Below are positions 52,220 to 60,987 of a stretch of 64,000 nt of DNA, piece after piece. The DNA lies in the NCBI GenBank assembly GCA_963677495.2, contig CAXXOU010000004.1, positions 1,408,001-1,472,000 of the forward strand. Direction: 5' to 3'. This stretch comes from Candidatus Cloacimonadales bacterium (GTDB taxonomy: Bacteria; Cloacimonadota; Cloacimonadia; Cloacimonadales; JAFGVF01). Numbering within the stretch: position 1 is the first letter of the stretch; every line of letters begins with the position of its first letter. The notes below the pieces were generated by a model. The model was given only the letters and a program-made list of their open reading frames with translations. It was not told where the DNA came from and ran no database searches. The translations under genes were made by a program, and so were the position numbers.

Positions 52220-53497
52220 GTGGACACCTTTTCGTGGATTTCACTACTTATTCTTCTCTGTTTATCTGCATTTTTTTCCGGTTCAGAAACCTCATTCTTT
52301 TCTTTAAACAAAATCCAGTTAAAGAAAATGGAAGGTTCTAAGAAACAGGGAGAACGTCGAATACTGAAGCTTTTAAAGAACTCAAATTTCCTGTTAATTA
52401 CCATACTTCTAGGCAACACACTAGTTAACATTGCCTTTTCTTCACAAACTACTGTTTTAGCAATTAGCCTACAAGAAAAGTTCGGATGGAACATATCCGA
52501 ATCTGTTTTACTCTTCTTACAAGTAGTAGTAACAACTTTTGTAATCTTACTATTTGGTGAGATTATACCTAAGCTGGTAGCATATTCAATTGCGGAAAGA
52601 TTTGCAAGAAGAGTTGCAACGCCAATCTCTTTCCTGCAAGTTATTCTATGGCCAATAATAAAGCTTTTCGACCTACTCAACAACCTTATATCCAAATCCA
52701 ATGGTGTAAGTGAGCAACAAAGACAAGTTCTTACTTCAGAGGATTTCAGAAATATTATTAACTCTGAGACTTCAGATCATCCACTAGAGGATAGTGAAAA
52801 GAAGATTATTGCCAGTATCTTAGAGTTTTCTACTACAGAAGTTAGAGAGATAATTGTCCCACGTGTAGATATTATTGCAGTTGAAGAGAACGATTCAATT
52901 GATACTTTGAAACAGAAGATTATTGAATCAGGCTTTTCCAGAATACCCGTGTACAAAGATAACATTGATGATATAACCGGAGTAATCTATGCGAAGGATA
53001 TACTACTTTATCCTGAGAAGACTGAGTTATCTCAGCTGACAAGACAACCGTATTTTGTTACTGAAAACATGAAAATTCAAGCTCTATTGAATCAGTTTAA
53101 GAGCCAAAAACTACAAATTGCTTTAGTTGTTGATGAGTATGGTGGAACATCAGGACTTATCACCTTGGAGGATATTCTGGAAGAACTCGTTGGAGAGATC
53201 CAGGATGAATATGATGATGATATCATTCCTGAACTAAGAAAAGTAAATGATAACGAGTATATTGTCAGCGGTATGTTTTCGATATATGATTTCAATAATG
53301 AGTTTAACCAGGACATCAATCCGGAAGAGTTCGATAATCTGGCTGACTACCTTTTAGTACAATTTAATCATCTTCCTGAGTTAAATGAAAAGATATCCAT
53401 TGAAAATATGACATTCAAAATCTCAGAGATCAAGAACCAGCGAATAAACTTTGTCCATATAACAGTGAAGGAGATCAGGGAAGAAGGTGAAGAATAA
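52220..53497 (+). CDS. CNNM/CBS/CorC hemolysin-family membrane protein
   Basis: SAFFSGSETS, FGEIIPK, SGFSRIPVY, VVDEYGGTSGLITLEDILEELVGEI. Confidence 0.93.
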   Translation: MDTFSWISLLILLCLSAFFSGSETSFFSLNKIQLKKMEGSKKQGERRILKLLKNSNFLLITILLGNTLVNIAFSSQTTVLAISLQEKFGWNISESVLLFLQVVVTTFVILLFGEIIPKLVAYSIAERFARRVATPISFLQVILWPIIKLFDLLNNLISKSNGVSEQQRQVLTSEDFRNIINSETSDHPLEDSEKKIIASILEFSTTEVREIIVPRVDIIAVEENDSIDTLKQKIIESGFSRIPVYKDNIDDITGVIYAKDILLYPEKTELSQLTRQPYFVTENMKIQALLNQFKSQKLQIALVVDEYGGTSGLITLEDILEELVGEIQDEYDDDIIPELRKVNDNEYIVSGMFSIYDFNNEFNQDINPEEFDNLADYLLVQFNHLPELNEKISIENMTFKISEIKNQRINFVHITVKEIREEGEE

Positions 53498-54212
53498 GTT
53501 CATTATAACCGTACTTCTCCTGATAACATCAGCTTTACTACAAGCTGACTATCTTGAGTATAAAGTAAAAGTCTTTGGCATTACCAATTCAATCATTAAA
53601 GTTGCTCATAAACACAATGACACTTTAGGAATCTTTGATGTTCATGTGGAGACCTTAAGTGCTGTTAGCATCTTTTCAAATGTGGATAACTATTATTATT
53701 CTACATACGTAAATGGATTTAAAACTAACTATTTAAAGAAAAGTATCACACAATCTAAATATAATGAAAACCGTGAGATATTCATAGAAAACAATATCGC
53801 TTTACTGAAGGACTACACGAAAGGCACTGAGGAAGAGTTCAACGTGTTCGATGATACAAGCGACCTGTTTGGCGGTTTATTTAAGATGAGCAGAGATGAA
53901 GACTTCACTGGGTCCTTTCATATCTTCTCTAATAGACACGTTTGGAAAGCTATCTATGAAGATAAAGGAACTGAAACCATTAAAACAAAGCTAGGTGAGA
54001 AAAAAGCACATCGACTGGAAGTTTACTTTGATCAGATTTCTGAGGGTGACTTCAAATGCACTGATATCTTCACAAATAATGTTTTAAGGGAAAACCAACT
54101 ACTTGAGCTTTGGATTTCAGCAGTAGATAGAATACCCCTTAAAGCGGTTTTGCATCATAAGAAGCATAAGGTTTATTGGAATATTTCAAATTTCGTCAAT
54201 GAAACTGAATAG
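53487..54212 (+). CDS. DUF3108-like secreted protein
   Basis: Signal peptide; LEYKVKVFG, ETIKTKLGE, WIS...RIPLK. Confidence 0.6.
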   Translation: MKNKFIITVLLLITSALLQADYLEYKVKVFGITNSIIKVAHKHNDTLGIFDVHVETLSAVSIFSNVDNYYYSTYVNGFKTNYLKKSITQSKYNENREIFIENNIALLKDYTKGTEEEFNVFDDTSDLFGGLFKMSRDEDFTGSFHIFSNRHVWKAIYEDKGTETIKTKLGEKKAHRLEVYFDQISEGDFKCTDIFTNNVLRENQLLELWISAVDRIPLKAVLHHKKHKVYWNISNFVNETE

Positions 54213-54597
54213 AAAAGTTAAACTTATCCCTTTCCTTTTATGGATACTTATAATCCTCGTAGTGTCATCATGGCCTTCACTCAAAAGTCCTGAGACAGGA
54301 ATCTTTGAATTTGATAAACTTGCACATATGGGTCAATATTTCATCGCCGGTTTGCTTTTGTTTTACTACTTGTATTCAACTAATTTAATTATCAGAATTC
54401 TTTATATCAGATTCAGCTTCTTAGCTCTATTCTCAGTCGCTGATGAGTTTCACCAACTTTTTATTCCCGGGCGTGGATTCTCTCTTTTTGATGCATTAGC
54501 TAACTTAGTTGGTGTGTTTTTTTCTTTACTTATTTCTCTTTTCGTGCTAAAACGATTATGTTATATTAAGAGTAATAAAAAAAGGAGTTTATCATGA
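54199..54597 (+). CDS. VanZ family membrane protein
   Basis: DKLAH..Y, DEFHQLFIPGR..S..D..AN..G. Confidence 0.9.
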   Translation: MKLNRKVKLIPFLLWILIILVVSSWPSLKSPETGIFEFDKLAHMGQYFIAGLLLFYYLYSTNLIIRILYIRFSFLALFSVADEFHQLFIPGRGFSLFDALANLVGVFFSLLISLFVLKRLCYIKSNKKRSLS

Positions 54598-54965
54598 AAG
54601 CAATTCACACTTACAATGCGCCCCAAGCAGTAGGTCCTTACTCTCAAGCAACGTTGAAGAATAACACTCTTTTCATTTCAGGGCAATTAGGTATCGACCC
54701 GCATACCGGTGAACTACAGATGGGATTTCATGCTCAGACTGAGCAAATCTTTACTAATCTAAGGGCTGTTCTTACGGAAGCTGGTTTCTCTTTCTCTGAT
54801 GTTGTTAAAGTATCAGTATTCTTAACTGATATGCATAACTTCCTTGATTTGAACAATATTTATGCAAAGCATTTCTCTGATCCATATCCTGCCAGAGAAG
54901 CTATAGAAGTTTCTCAGTTACCTAAAAATGGTATGGTTGAGATTTCGCTCATTGCGATGAAATAG
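54594..54965 (+). CDS. ridA: RidA (YjgF/YER057c/UK114) family deaminase
   Basis: APQAVGPYSQA, SGQLG, YPAR, LPKNGMVEI. Confidence 0.92.
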   Translation: MKAIHTYNAPQAVGPYSQATLKNNTLFISGQLGIDPHTGELQMGFHAQTEQIFTNLRAVLTEAGFSFSDVVKVSVFLTDMHNFLDLNNIYAKHFSDPYPAREAIEVSQLPKNGMVEISLIAMK

Positions 54966-54967
54966 TT

Positions 54968-55498
54968 ATGTCTATTAGCACTAAAACCGGAGATAAAGGA
55001 ACAACTGCTCTTTGGAGTGGTCAAAGAGTTAAGAAAAACTCAGTAAGAGTTGAAGCATATGGTACAATCGATGAGTTGGACACACATCTTTCCGAAGCTT
55101 TGCTTTTTGTTAAAGATGAATTCTCACATAAACTGATAGAAGATATACAACAGCTTCTATATAGAGCCATGGGAGAACTTGCGACTAAAGACAAAACATT
55201 TAAAGCCCCGATTGTACAGACTGAAGTGGAAATGGTTACAGATGCTGTTCATAAACTTGAAGCTGAGGTTAATCTGACAGGGTTTGTTAAAACGGGTCGT
55301 ACTATTCAATCGGCTAAGCTTGACATCTGTCGAACAGTTGTTAGAAGAGCTGAAAGAAGAGTGCTACAACTAAATGATATAGAAGAAGTTGCAGAACCGT
55401 TAAAGAAGCTTATCAACAGATTGTCGGATCTGTTCTATATCCTTGCCAGATATGAAGAGAAGAAGTTAAATAAATTGGAGTATAAAAGACTCGATTAG
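54968..55498 (+). CDS. PduO-type cob(I)alamin adenosyltransferase
   Basis: [39 protein letters not shown]. Confidence 0.93.
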   Translation: MSISTKTGDKGTTALWSGQRVKKNSVRVEAYGTIDELDTHLSEALLFVKDEFSHKLIEDIQQLLYRAMGELATKDKTFKAPIVQTEVEMVTDAVHKLEAEVNLTGFVKTGRTIQSAKLDICRTVVRRAERRVLQLNDIEEVAEPLKKLINRLSDLFYILARYEEKKLNKLEYKRLD

Positions 55499-55506
55499 GA
55501 GATATA

Positions 55507-56250
55507 ATGTATAAACTAGTATTGTTAAGACACGGACAATCAAAATGGAACTTAGAAAACAAATTCACAGGATGGACTGACGTAGACCTTTCAGAACAGG
55601 GTGTATCAGAAGCAAAACAAGCCGGTATTCTTATGAAAGAAGCAGGCTTTGACTTTGATATAGCTTTCACTTCTGTTCTCAAAAGAGCAATCAAAACTCT
55701 TTGGTTTGCACTTGATGGAATGGACCTTCAGTGGATACCTGTTAATAAAGCTTGGGAACTTAATGAGCGTCATTATGGTGCGCTTCAAGGTTTAAATAAG
55801 TCAGAGACAGCAGAAGAGTTTGGTGAAGATCAAGTTCTTATCTGGAGACGTAGTTATGATACTCCTCCTCCTGTTTTGACTAAAGATGATGAACGCTATG
55901 CAGGCAATGAGAAGAAGTACGCCAAACTTGCAGAAGATGATGTACCTCTAACTGAGTGTTTAAAAGACACTGTTGCAAGAGTTATCCCCTATTTTGATAA
56001 TAAGATTGCACCTTACATAAAAGATGGTAGAAACGTTATTATCACAGCTCATGGCAATAGCTTACGTGCCTTAGTTAAGTATCTTGATGGCATCAGCGAT
56101 GAAGATATTATCAAACTGAATATTCCAACCGGTATGCCACTTGTTTATGAGCTTGATGAAGAGCTTAAACCTATTAAAAGCTACTATCTTGGTGACCAGG
56201 AAGCTATAAAGAAAGCTCAGGAACAGGTTGCTAATCAAGGCAAAGCATAG
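55507..56250 (+). CDS. gpmA: 2,3-bisphosphoglycerate-dependent phosphoglycerate mutase
   Basis: [32 protein letters not shown]. Confidence 0.97.
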   Translation: MYKLVLLRHGQSKWNLENKFTGWTDVDLSEQGVSEAKQAGILMKEAGFDFDIAFTSVLKRAIKTLWFALDGMDLQWIPVNKAWELNERHYGALQGLNKSETAEEFGEDQVLIWRRSYDTPPPVLTKDDERYAGNEKKYAKLAEDDVPLTECLKDTVARVIPYFDNKIAPYIKDGRNVIITAHGNSLRALVKYLDGISDEDIIKLNIPTGMPLVYELDEELKPIKSYYLGDQEAIKKAQEQVANQGKA

Positions 56251-56271
56251 ATTAGTTATTAAGTATTTTCC

Positions 56272-56300
56272 GGCTGTTGGATACCCAACAGCCTTTTTTT
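56272..56300 (+). terminator. Terminator of the gpmA operon
   Basis: ggctgttgg-atac-ccaacagcc followed by a T-run. Confidence 0.85.
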
Positions 56301-56344
56301 ATGGAGTGCACCAACTACGTAGGTGCGTCTTGTCACGAAACCCG

Positions 56345-56690
56345 TACCTTCGGAATGGTCGCAGACCTTGCGAATGGTGCTTCCTCATTCCATACCTTCG
56401 GAATGGTCGCAGACCTTGCGAATGGTACACTCCGAAGAGAAACACCCCACCGTTTTAAAACGGCACCCCTTCAATCTTCGCTTAAAGCTACGCCCTGACA
56501 GGCTGAGAGGGGAATTATTACAGAAGGTCCAAATCGAAGATAGTTAACCACGAAATACACGAAAGGACACTAAATAATGCAAATCCCTTTTCGTGCAGTT
56601 CGAGCCTTTCGTGGTTAGTATTTTAGAGTACCTTCCGAAGAGAAAAACACCCCGCTGTTACGGCACCCCTCTCCTAGAGGGGAATTAGAA
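56345..56690. repeat. Mosaic of short repeat families
   Basis: 48-bp tandem TACCTTCGGAATGGTCGCAGACCTTGCGAATGGT (56345, 56393); two ccgaagaga...cacccc...acggcacccct...gaggggaatt copies; aaccacgaaa...tttcgtggtt inverted pair. Confidence 0.7.
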
Positions 56691-56992
56691 TTCCCATTCA
56701 ATTTCCATCATAACTGTTTTATGCAATTACTATATAATATTTTCTTTTTGTCTCATTTAACTTTTAGCTTAATATATCTTTAACCCCAAAGGAGTAACTA
56801 TATAAATACTTGTGCTATACTTATTAGAGTTTGATTCTTGCGACCAGCTAAACAGGCAAGTTACGGGTTACAAGATCATTGAAACTGAGACAACAGTGAG
56901 AAGAGGATAAGTATAGCCATTTTATTTATAATGTAGATATTGGTAGTTTCCTCTCTCATAGTCCTATACTAGAGTTTCCTTTGGAGGTTAAC

Positions 56993-57571
56993 ATGAGGAT
57001 CTATGTCTACGTCTATGAGCACAGCATTAGGGTAGTCACAACGAAGGCAGTTGATATAAATATAACGATGGGTATCCGGTACATTCTACAACTTCTAGCC
57101 CACCCCTATCAACCGATCAGTGCAACTTGTCTATATTTCACAATGAACTTGGAAAAGTTATGTCCTTTTTGTGACGATTCTTTAAGTGATTTGTTTATAA
57201 ACAATCCTATTCACAATTTAAACACAGATATATCCAGGATATACAGTCCGATAGAACTAACTTTGAAGCATCAACAGCTCAAAGACCAATTATACGATGC
57301 TGTTAAAGAGAATGATCCTGTTCAGGAATCTTATTACCGTGCTAAAATCAAACGTCTAGAAGAATCTGTTTTAAACCTAGATATTGAAGATCCGGATAGC
57401 TTAGTCAAAGATAGCTATAAGAGTGTCTGGAATGATATTGACTATGCATATAAAAATATCTGCAATCAATCCCCTGAGCTATATCACTATCTTAAGAAAA
57501 CTATAGTTATTGGTTCTATTCTAAGCCATCGTCCTGACTTTGATGATAGTATTGAGCTTATACTTGTGTGA
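56993..57571 (+). CDS. Hypothetical protein resembling a stand-alone helical regulator domain
   Basis: RBS GGAGG; GIRYILQLLAHP...L..A..END...KSV...I...PELYHYLKKTI..G pattern. Confidence 0.65.
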   Translation: MRIYVYVYEHSIRVVTTKAVDINITMGIRYILQLLAHPYQPISATCLYFTMNLEKLCPFCDDSLSDLFINNPIHNLNTDISRIYSPIELTLKHQQLKDQLYDAVKENDPVQESYYRAKIKRLEESVLNLDIEDPDSLVKDSYKSVWNDIDYAYKNICNQSPELYHYLKKTIVIGSILSHRPDFDDSIELILV

Positions 57572-57575
57572 AAAC

Positions 57576-57695
57576 ACTGGGTACACTGGGTACGCGAACA
57601 TCACTGTTCGCTCCCTCCCTTTATCCCGACAAGATGTCGGGGTACCCGGTAGATGCGAGCTGGAAGCTCGCGGACCCAGTAACGCGTTACCGGTT
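57576..57695. repeat. REP family 2 cluster (GGGTACGC-hairpin type), left copy
   Basis: 57595-57681 repeats directly at 58610-58695; hairpins cccgaca-aga-tgtcggg and gcgagc-tggaa-gctcgc. Confidence 0.85.
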
Positions 57696-57697
57696 AT

Positions 57698-58150
57698 TCA
57701 CACTATCTCATGACTCAATTCATCAATATACTTAACTTCGGGTAAAAGCTCATTCTCAATAGCCATTTTAACTGTCTGTACGGGTAGATTCTCCAGCACT
57801 ATTACTTCCGGGGTTATGGTTATCAAATCGATGTTAGTAAAAACTCTTTTCATCGCATACATCATCTTTAGAAAGACATTGTAGGGATGATAATAGCAAT
57901 TGTTTCCCATTGTTTCCAGATTAAGTTGAGTTGCATACTTCAGCAGATCATTCCTATAGTCTTCCGATGTTCCTTTGTAACATAGAGCAAGATTAGCAGA
58001 TCTTGATCCCATCGTCGTATTGTTAGCTGTCAGACGAGGTTTAACCCAAGCTCTAGCAAGCAATACATCGCTTTTCCTATAGCGATAGAAAACAAGTTTG
58101 CCTATCTTCCCAACTAATGTCCGGGCTATCGTATCCAAATTCACTCTCAT
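57698..58150 (-). CDS. 150-aa hypothetical protein, paralog of 39755-40207
   Basis: RBS AAGGAG; colinear similarity to the first copy. Confidence 0.8.
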   Translation of the reverse strand: MRVNLDTIARTLVGKIGKLVFYRYRKSDVLLARAWVKPRLTANNTTMGSRSANLALCYKGTSEDYRNDLLKYATQLNLETMGNNCYYHPYNVFLKMMYAMKRVFTNIDLITITPEVIVLENLPVQTVKMAIENELLPEVKYIDELSHEIV

Positions 58151-58165
58151 AATAATCTCCTTTTA

Positions 58166-58281
58166 ATGTTCAACGACGTTGCATGTCGTTCTGTAAAACA
58201 GCTCTCCGGGCTGTTATTCTCCTATAAATGTTCAACGACGTTGCACGTCGTTCTGTAATTCATCACTCCGGGCTGTTATTC
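58166..58281. repeat. Tandem ~62-bp duplication in the leader of the 150-aa gene
   Basis: atgttcaacgacgttgcaYgtcgttctgtaa...ctccgggctgttattc twice. Confidence 0.8.
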
Positions 58282-58526
58282 ACCTCAGCCTGTCGGGGCG
58301 GAGCTTTAGCGAAGACCGAAGGGATGTCGTGTAACGACGAAGTGTTTTCTCTCGGTCGATACAACCAAACTACTTAGTTGAAGGCTTTTAACTATAGCTT
58401 GTTGAATATAGACTATTAATTAAGCTATAGGCTCTAAGCTATAAGCTAAAAAAACTCCCTCTACTACTATATGTTCCGAATTTGGGGGTTTACATCAGAA
58501 TTATACCCCACTTTTTTTATTTTTTT

Positions 58527-58695
58527 ACTGAGTACTGGTACTGGGTACGCGGACATCTTGTCCGCACCTACCGGGTACGCCGGCATCCTGCCGGCATTTA
58601 CCGGGTGCACGAACATCCCTGTTCGCTCCCTCTCTTTATCCCGGCAGGATGCCGGGGTACCCGGTGATGCGAGCTGGAAGCTCGCGTACCCAGTA
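58527..58695. repeat. REP family 2 cluster, right copy
   Basis: gggtacgcggaca-tct-tgtccgc, gggtacgccggca-tcc-tgccggc, plus the ~86-bp direct repeat of 57595-57681. Confidence 0.85.
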
Positions 58696-58800
58696 GACCT
58701 AATGTTTTTTTATGGAGTTTGTCAGATGCGTAGCCTGCGAAGCGAAAACGGACTTCATTAAAAAACAGGTAAATCATTGCCGAAAGATACACTCCCACAG

Positions 58801-58880
58801 GTAGATTTCACGTACCCGAAACGAAGCCCACCTGTAGCTACCTACGCGAGGGCTACGGGTGGGCTACGGGAGACCTACGA
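58801..58880. repeat. 11-bp-phased direct/inverted repeat element (core GTAG/CTAC)
   Basis: gtag/gtac/gaag/gtag at 58801, 58812, 58823, 58834; ctacg at 58842, 58853, 58864, 58875. Confidence 0.7.
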
Positions 58881-59223
58881 GAGGGTTTGCCGGATTAGGC
58901 AGAGATTTGGTACACAGTCGCTTGTCACATGGGTTGTGCATCCCTAAATTTGATTTAGCTCTAGAGAGGTAAAAGATGAGTGAGATTTTAAATTGTCCGA
59001 TGAAGCAATGCAAAAAAATGAAAAAAAAAATACTTGCCATGTAATTTATCATTACTAAAATTGTTACACAATTCTAGGAAAGAAAGACAAAAGTTGATTC
59101 ACTGTAGGTATGGGAAGGTAAAATAATCATACTATATGTTGTTTAGGTTTATCAAAATTACATATATATAGTATGCATAATCATGAAAGTCTAATAAGCG
59201 AATCGTACAACAAAGGAGCATTT

Positions 59224-59967
59224 ATGAAGAAATTTGTCTTAATTGCATTAGTACTGTCAACAGTGTTGTTTCTTGTAGCAAATGAACTATCTGACAGGGA
59301 GCTTGAAGAACAAGCATTAAAGGATATGTTGAGCACACTTCAATACACCGCAGGAAGCCGTTTTGGAAATGATTTGAAGGTTGGAGATAAGGTTGTCTAT
59401 CATGTCAATACCGACTTCTCAAGTGAAAATCAAAGCGAAGAGTTTGTCAGCTTAGAAGTAATTGAAGAGTCGAGTAAAGGTATTGTTATTAAGGAATCTT
59501 TTGATAGGAATATAACTTACACAACTTGGGACCCTGTTTCTAATCAGATAGTCGATTTTTATGGTTATGATGAAAATAGGTGCAAGCAAACACCAAAGCT
59601 ATTACACAAGAGCGAGGTTGAAGCTAATTTCAGTTTAGTTAAATCACAGGCATCTGCATTAATACCTTTCAGTTTTTCTCAAAATGACAGAGCAGAATAT
59701 GCTGTCTCGGTTAACTCCAGAGATATAACCTGCTCAAAAGTAAATATGGAAATACCTGAAATGTTTAAGCAAAAATTAGCTCAGGACCAACTTGATCAGA
59801 TTGAAGAAGAATCAGCTATGTACTTTTCTGACGAGATCCCTAAGTTAATCCCATTTGTTGAGGTTACACTGAGTATGTTGAATTCTCTTGAAACCTTAAA
59901 TCAACAAAACAAAGGTTTTGTGAAGAATAGCGTGCTTGAATTAATTGAATTTAGAAAAGGAAATTAA
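59224..59967 (+). CDS. Secreted hypothetical protein
   Basis: RBS AAGGAG; signal peptide MKKFVLIALVLS. Confidence 0.75.
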   Translation: MKKFVLIALVLSTVLFLVANELSDRELEEQALKDMLSTLQYTAGSRFGNDLKVGDKVVYHVNTDFSSENQSEEFVSLEVIEESSKGIVIKESFDRNITYTTWDPVSNQIVDFYGYDENRCKQTPKLLHKSEVEANFSLVKSQASALIPFSFSQNDRAEYAVSVNSRDITCSKVNMEIPEMFKQKLAQDQLDQIEEESAMYFSDEIPKLIPFVEVTLSMLNSLETLNQQNKGFVKNSVLELIEFRKGN

Positions 59968-59969
59968 TT

Positions 59970-60977
59970 ATGCGGTTTATAAAATCATTAGCGATACTAT
60001 TGCTATTACTTCTTATAACCTCCTGTTATGATTATTCAGATGAGGGTAAGTACTGGTACGAAGAATGGACTGCTACAATGAATATTGATGGAAGTGAGAT
60101 TGATTACCTACTAAAAGGTGCTCAAACTCCTTTCTATGTGGCAGACTTAAGTAATCCAGGGCAGGAAAAGATTATCATGAGCAGTTCCAATTCGGTTTAT
60201 TCACTCAATCCTGAAGGAACTTTATGGGAAGGTATCTTATTAGATGTAGGGAATATTGTCGAAATAAGTCAGGACAGAACTAAAATGGTAATGGAGTACA
60301 ATTATGATATCTATGTTGCTAATGTTGACGGGTCGAATCTAATACAGATTACTAATACCCCTGATATCAGAGAGCATGATGCTTCAATTTCTGCTGATAA
60401 CTCACAAATTGTCTATAGTCGATATATTAATAATCAAGATGTTCGCTCTGAGACTCTGTTTATATATGATTTGACCAATAATACCGAAACAGAGCTAATA
60501 AGGGAAGAGAATGACAATTACATTAATATTAGTGATAAATGTATTGTTTCAGATAAAGTTTTTTATTTGATTTCAAGTTCTCCCGATGTCAAACCGGATG
60601 GGCTATATTGTTATGATATAATTACAGGTATTGATAGCCTTGTTTATAACGATAACTCGCTTGTTGATATAATAACAGACTATGAAAATTCTGTATATCT
60701 TTTACAGGCTTCACGCACTCTTTTGCAGATAGACATCAATAGCTATGATTCTCAGGTTCTGTATATTGAACCCACTCAGAGATATTATAACGCCTTAGTG
60801 TTAGATCCATCCAAAGAAAACATTTGTCTATGCGATTCTGGAGGGTTTGCCCTTATGTATTTCTTACAGACTGGTGATTTTATAAATTTTGGGCATGAAT
60901 TAGGAAAAGTCTCATTTAATAAGAACAGCACAAGAATAATAAGTATGATTGAAAGAAGACATCCAGATGATTTTTAA
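59970..60977 (+). CDS. Lipoprotein with a TolB-like beta-propeller
   Basis: Lipobox ITSC; DIYVANVDGSNLIQITNTP...ASISADNSQIVY (PD40-like). Confidence 0.78.
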   Translation: MRFIKSLAILLLLLLITSCYDYSDEGKYWYEEWTATMNIDGSEIDYLLKGAQTPFYVADLSNPGQEKIIMSSSNSVYSLNPEGTLWEGILLDVGNIVEISQDRTKMVMEYNYDIYVANVDGSNLIQITNTPDIREHDASISADNSQIVYSRYINNQDVRSETLFIYDLTNNTETELIREENDNYINISDKCIVSDKVFYLISSSPDVKPDGLYCYDIITGIDSLVYNDNSLVDIITDYENSVYLLQASRTLLQIDINSYDSQVLYIEPTQRYYNALVLDPSKENICLCDSGGFALMYFLQTGDFINFGHELGKVSFNKNSTRIISMIERRHPDDF

Positions 60978-60987
60978 AGGAGAAACC

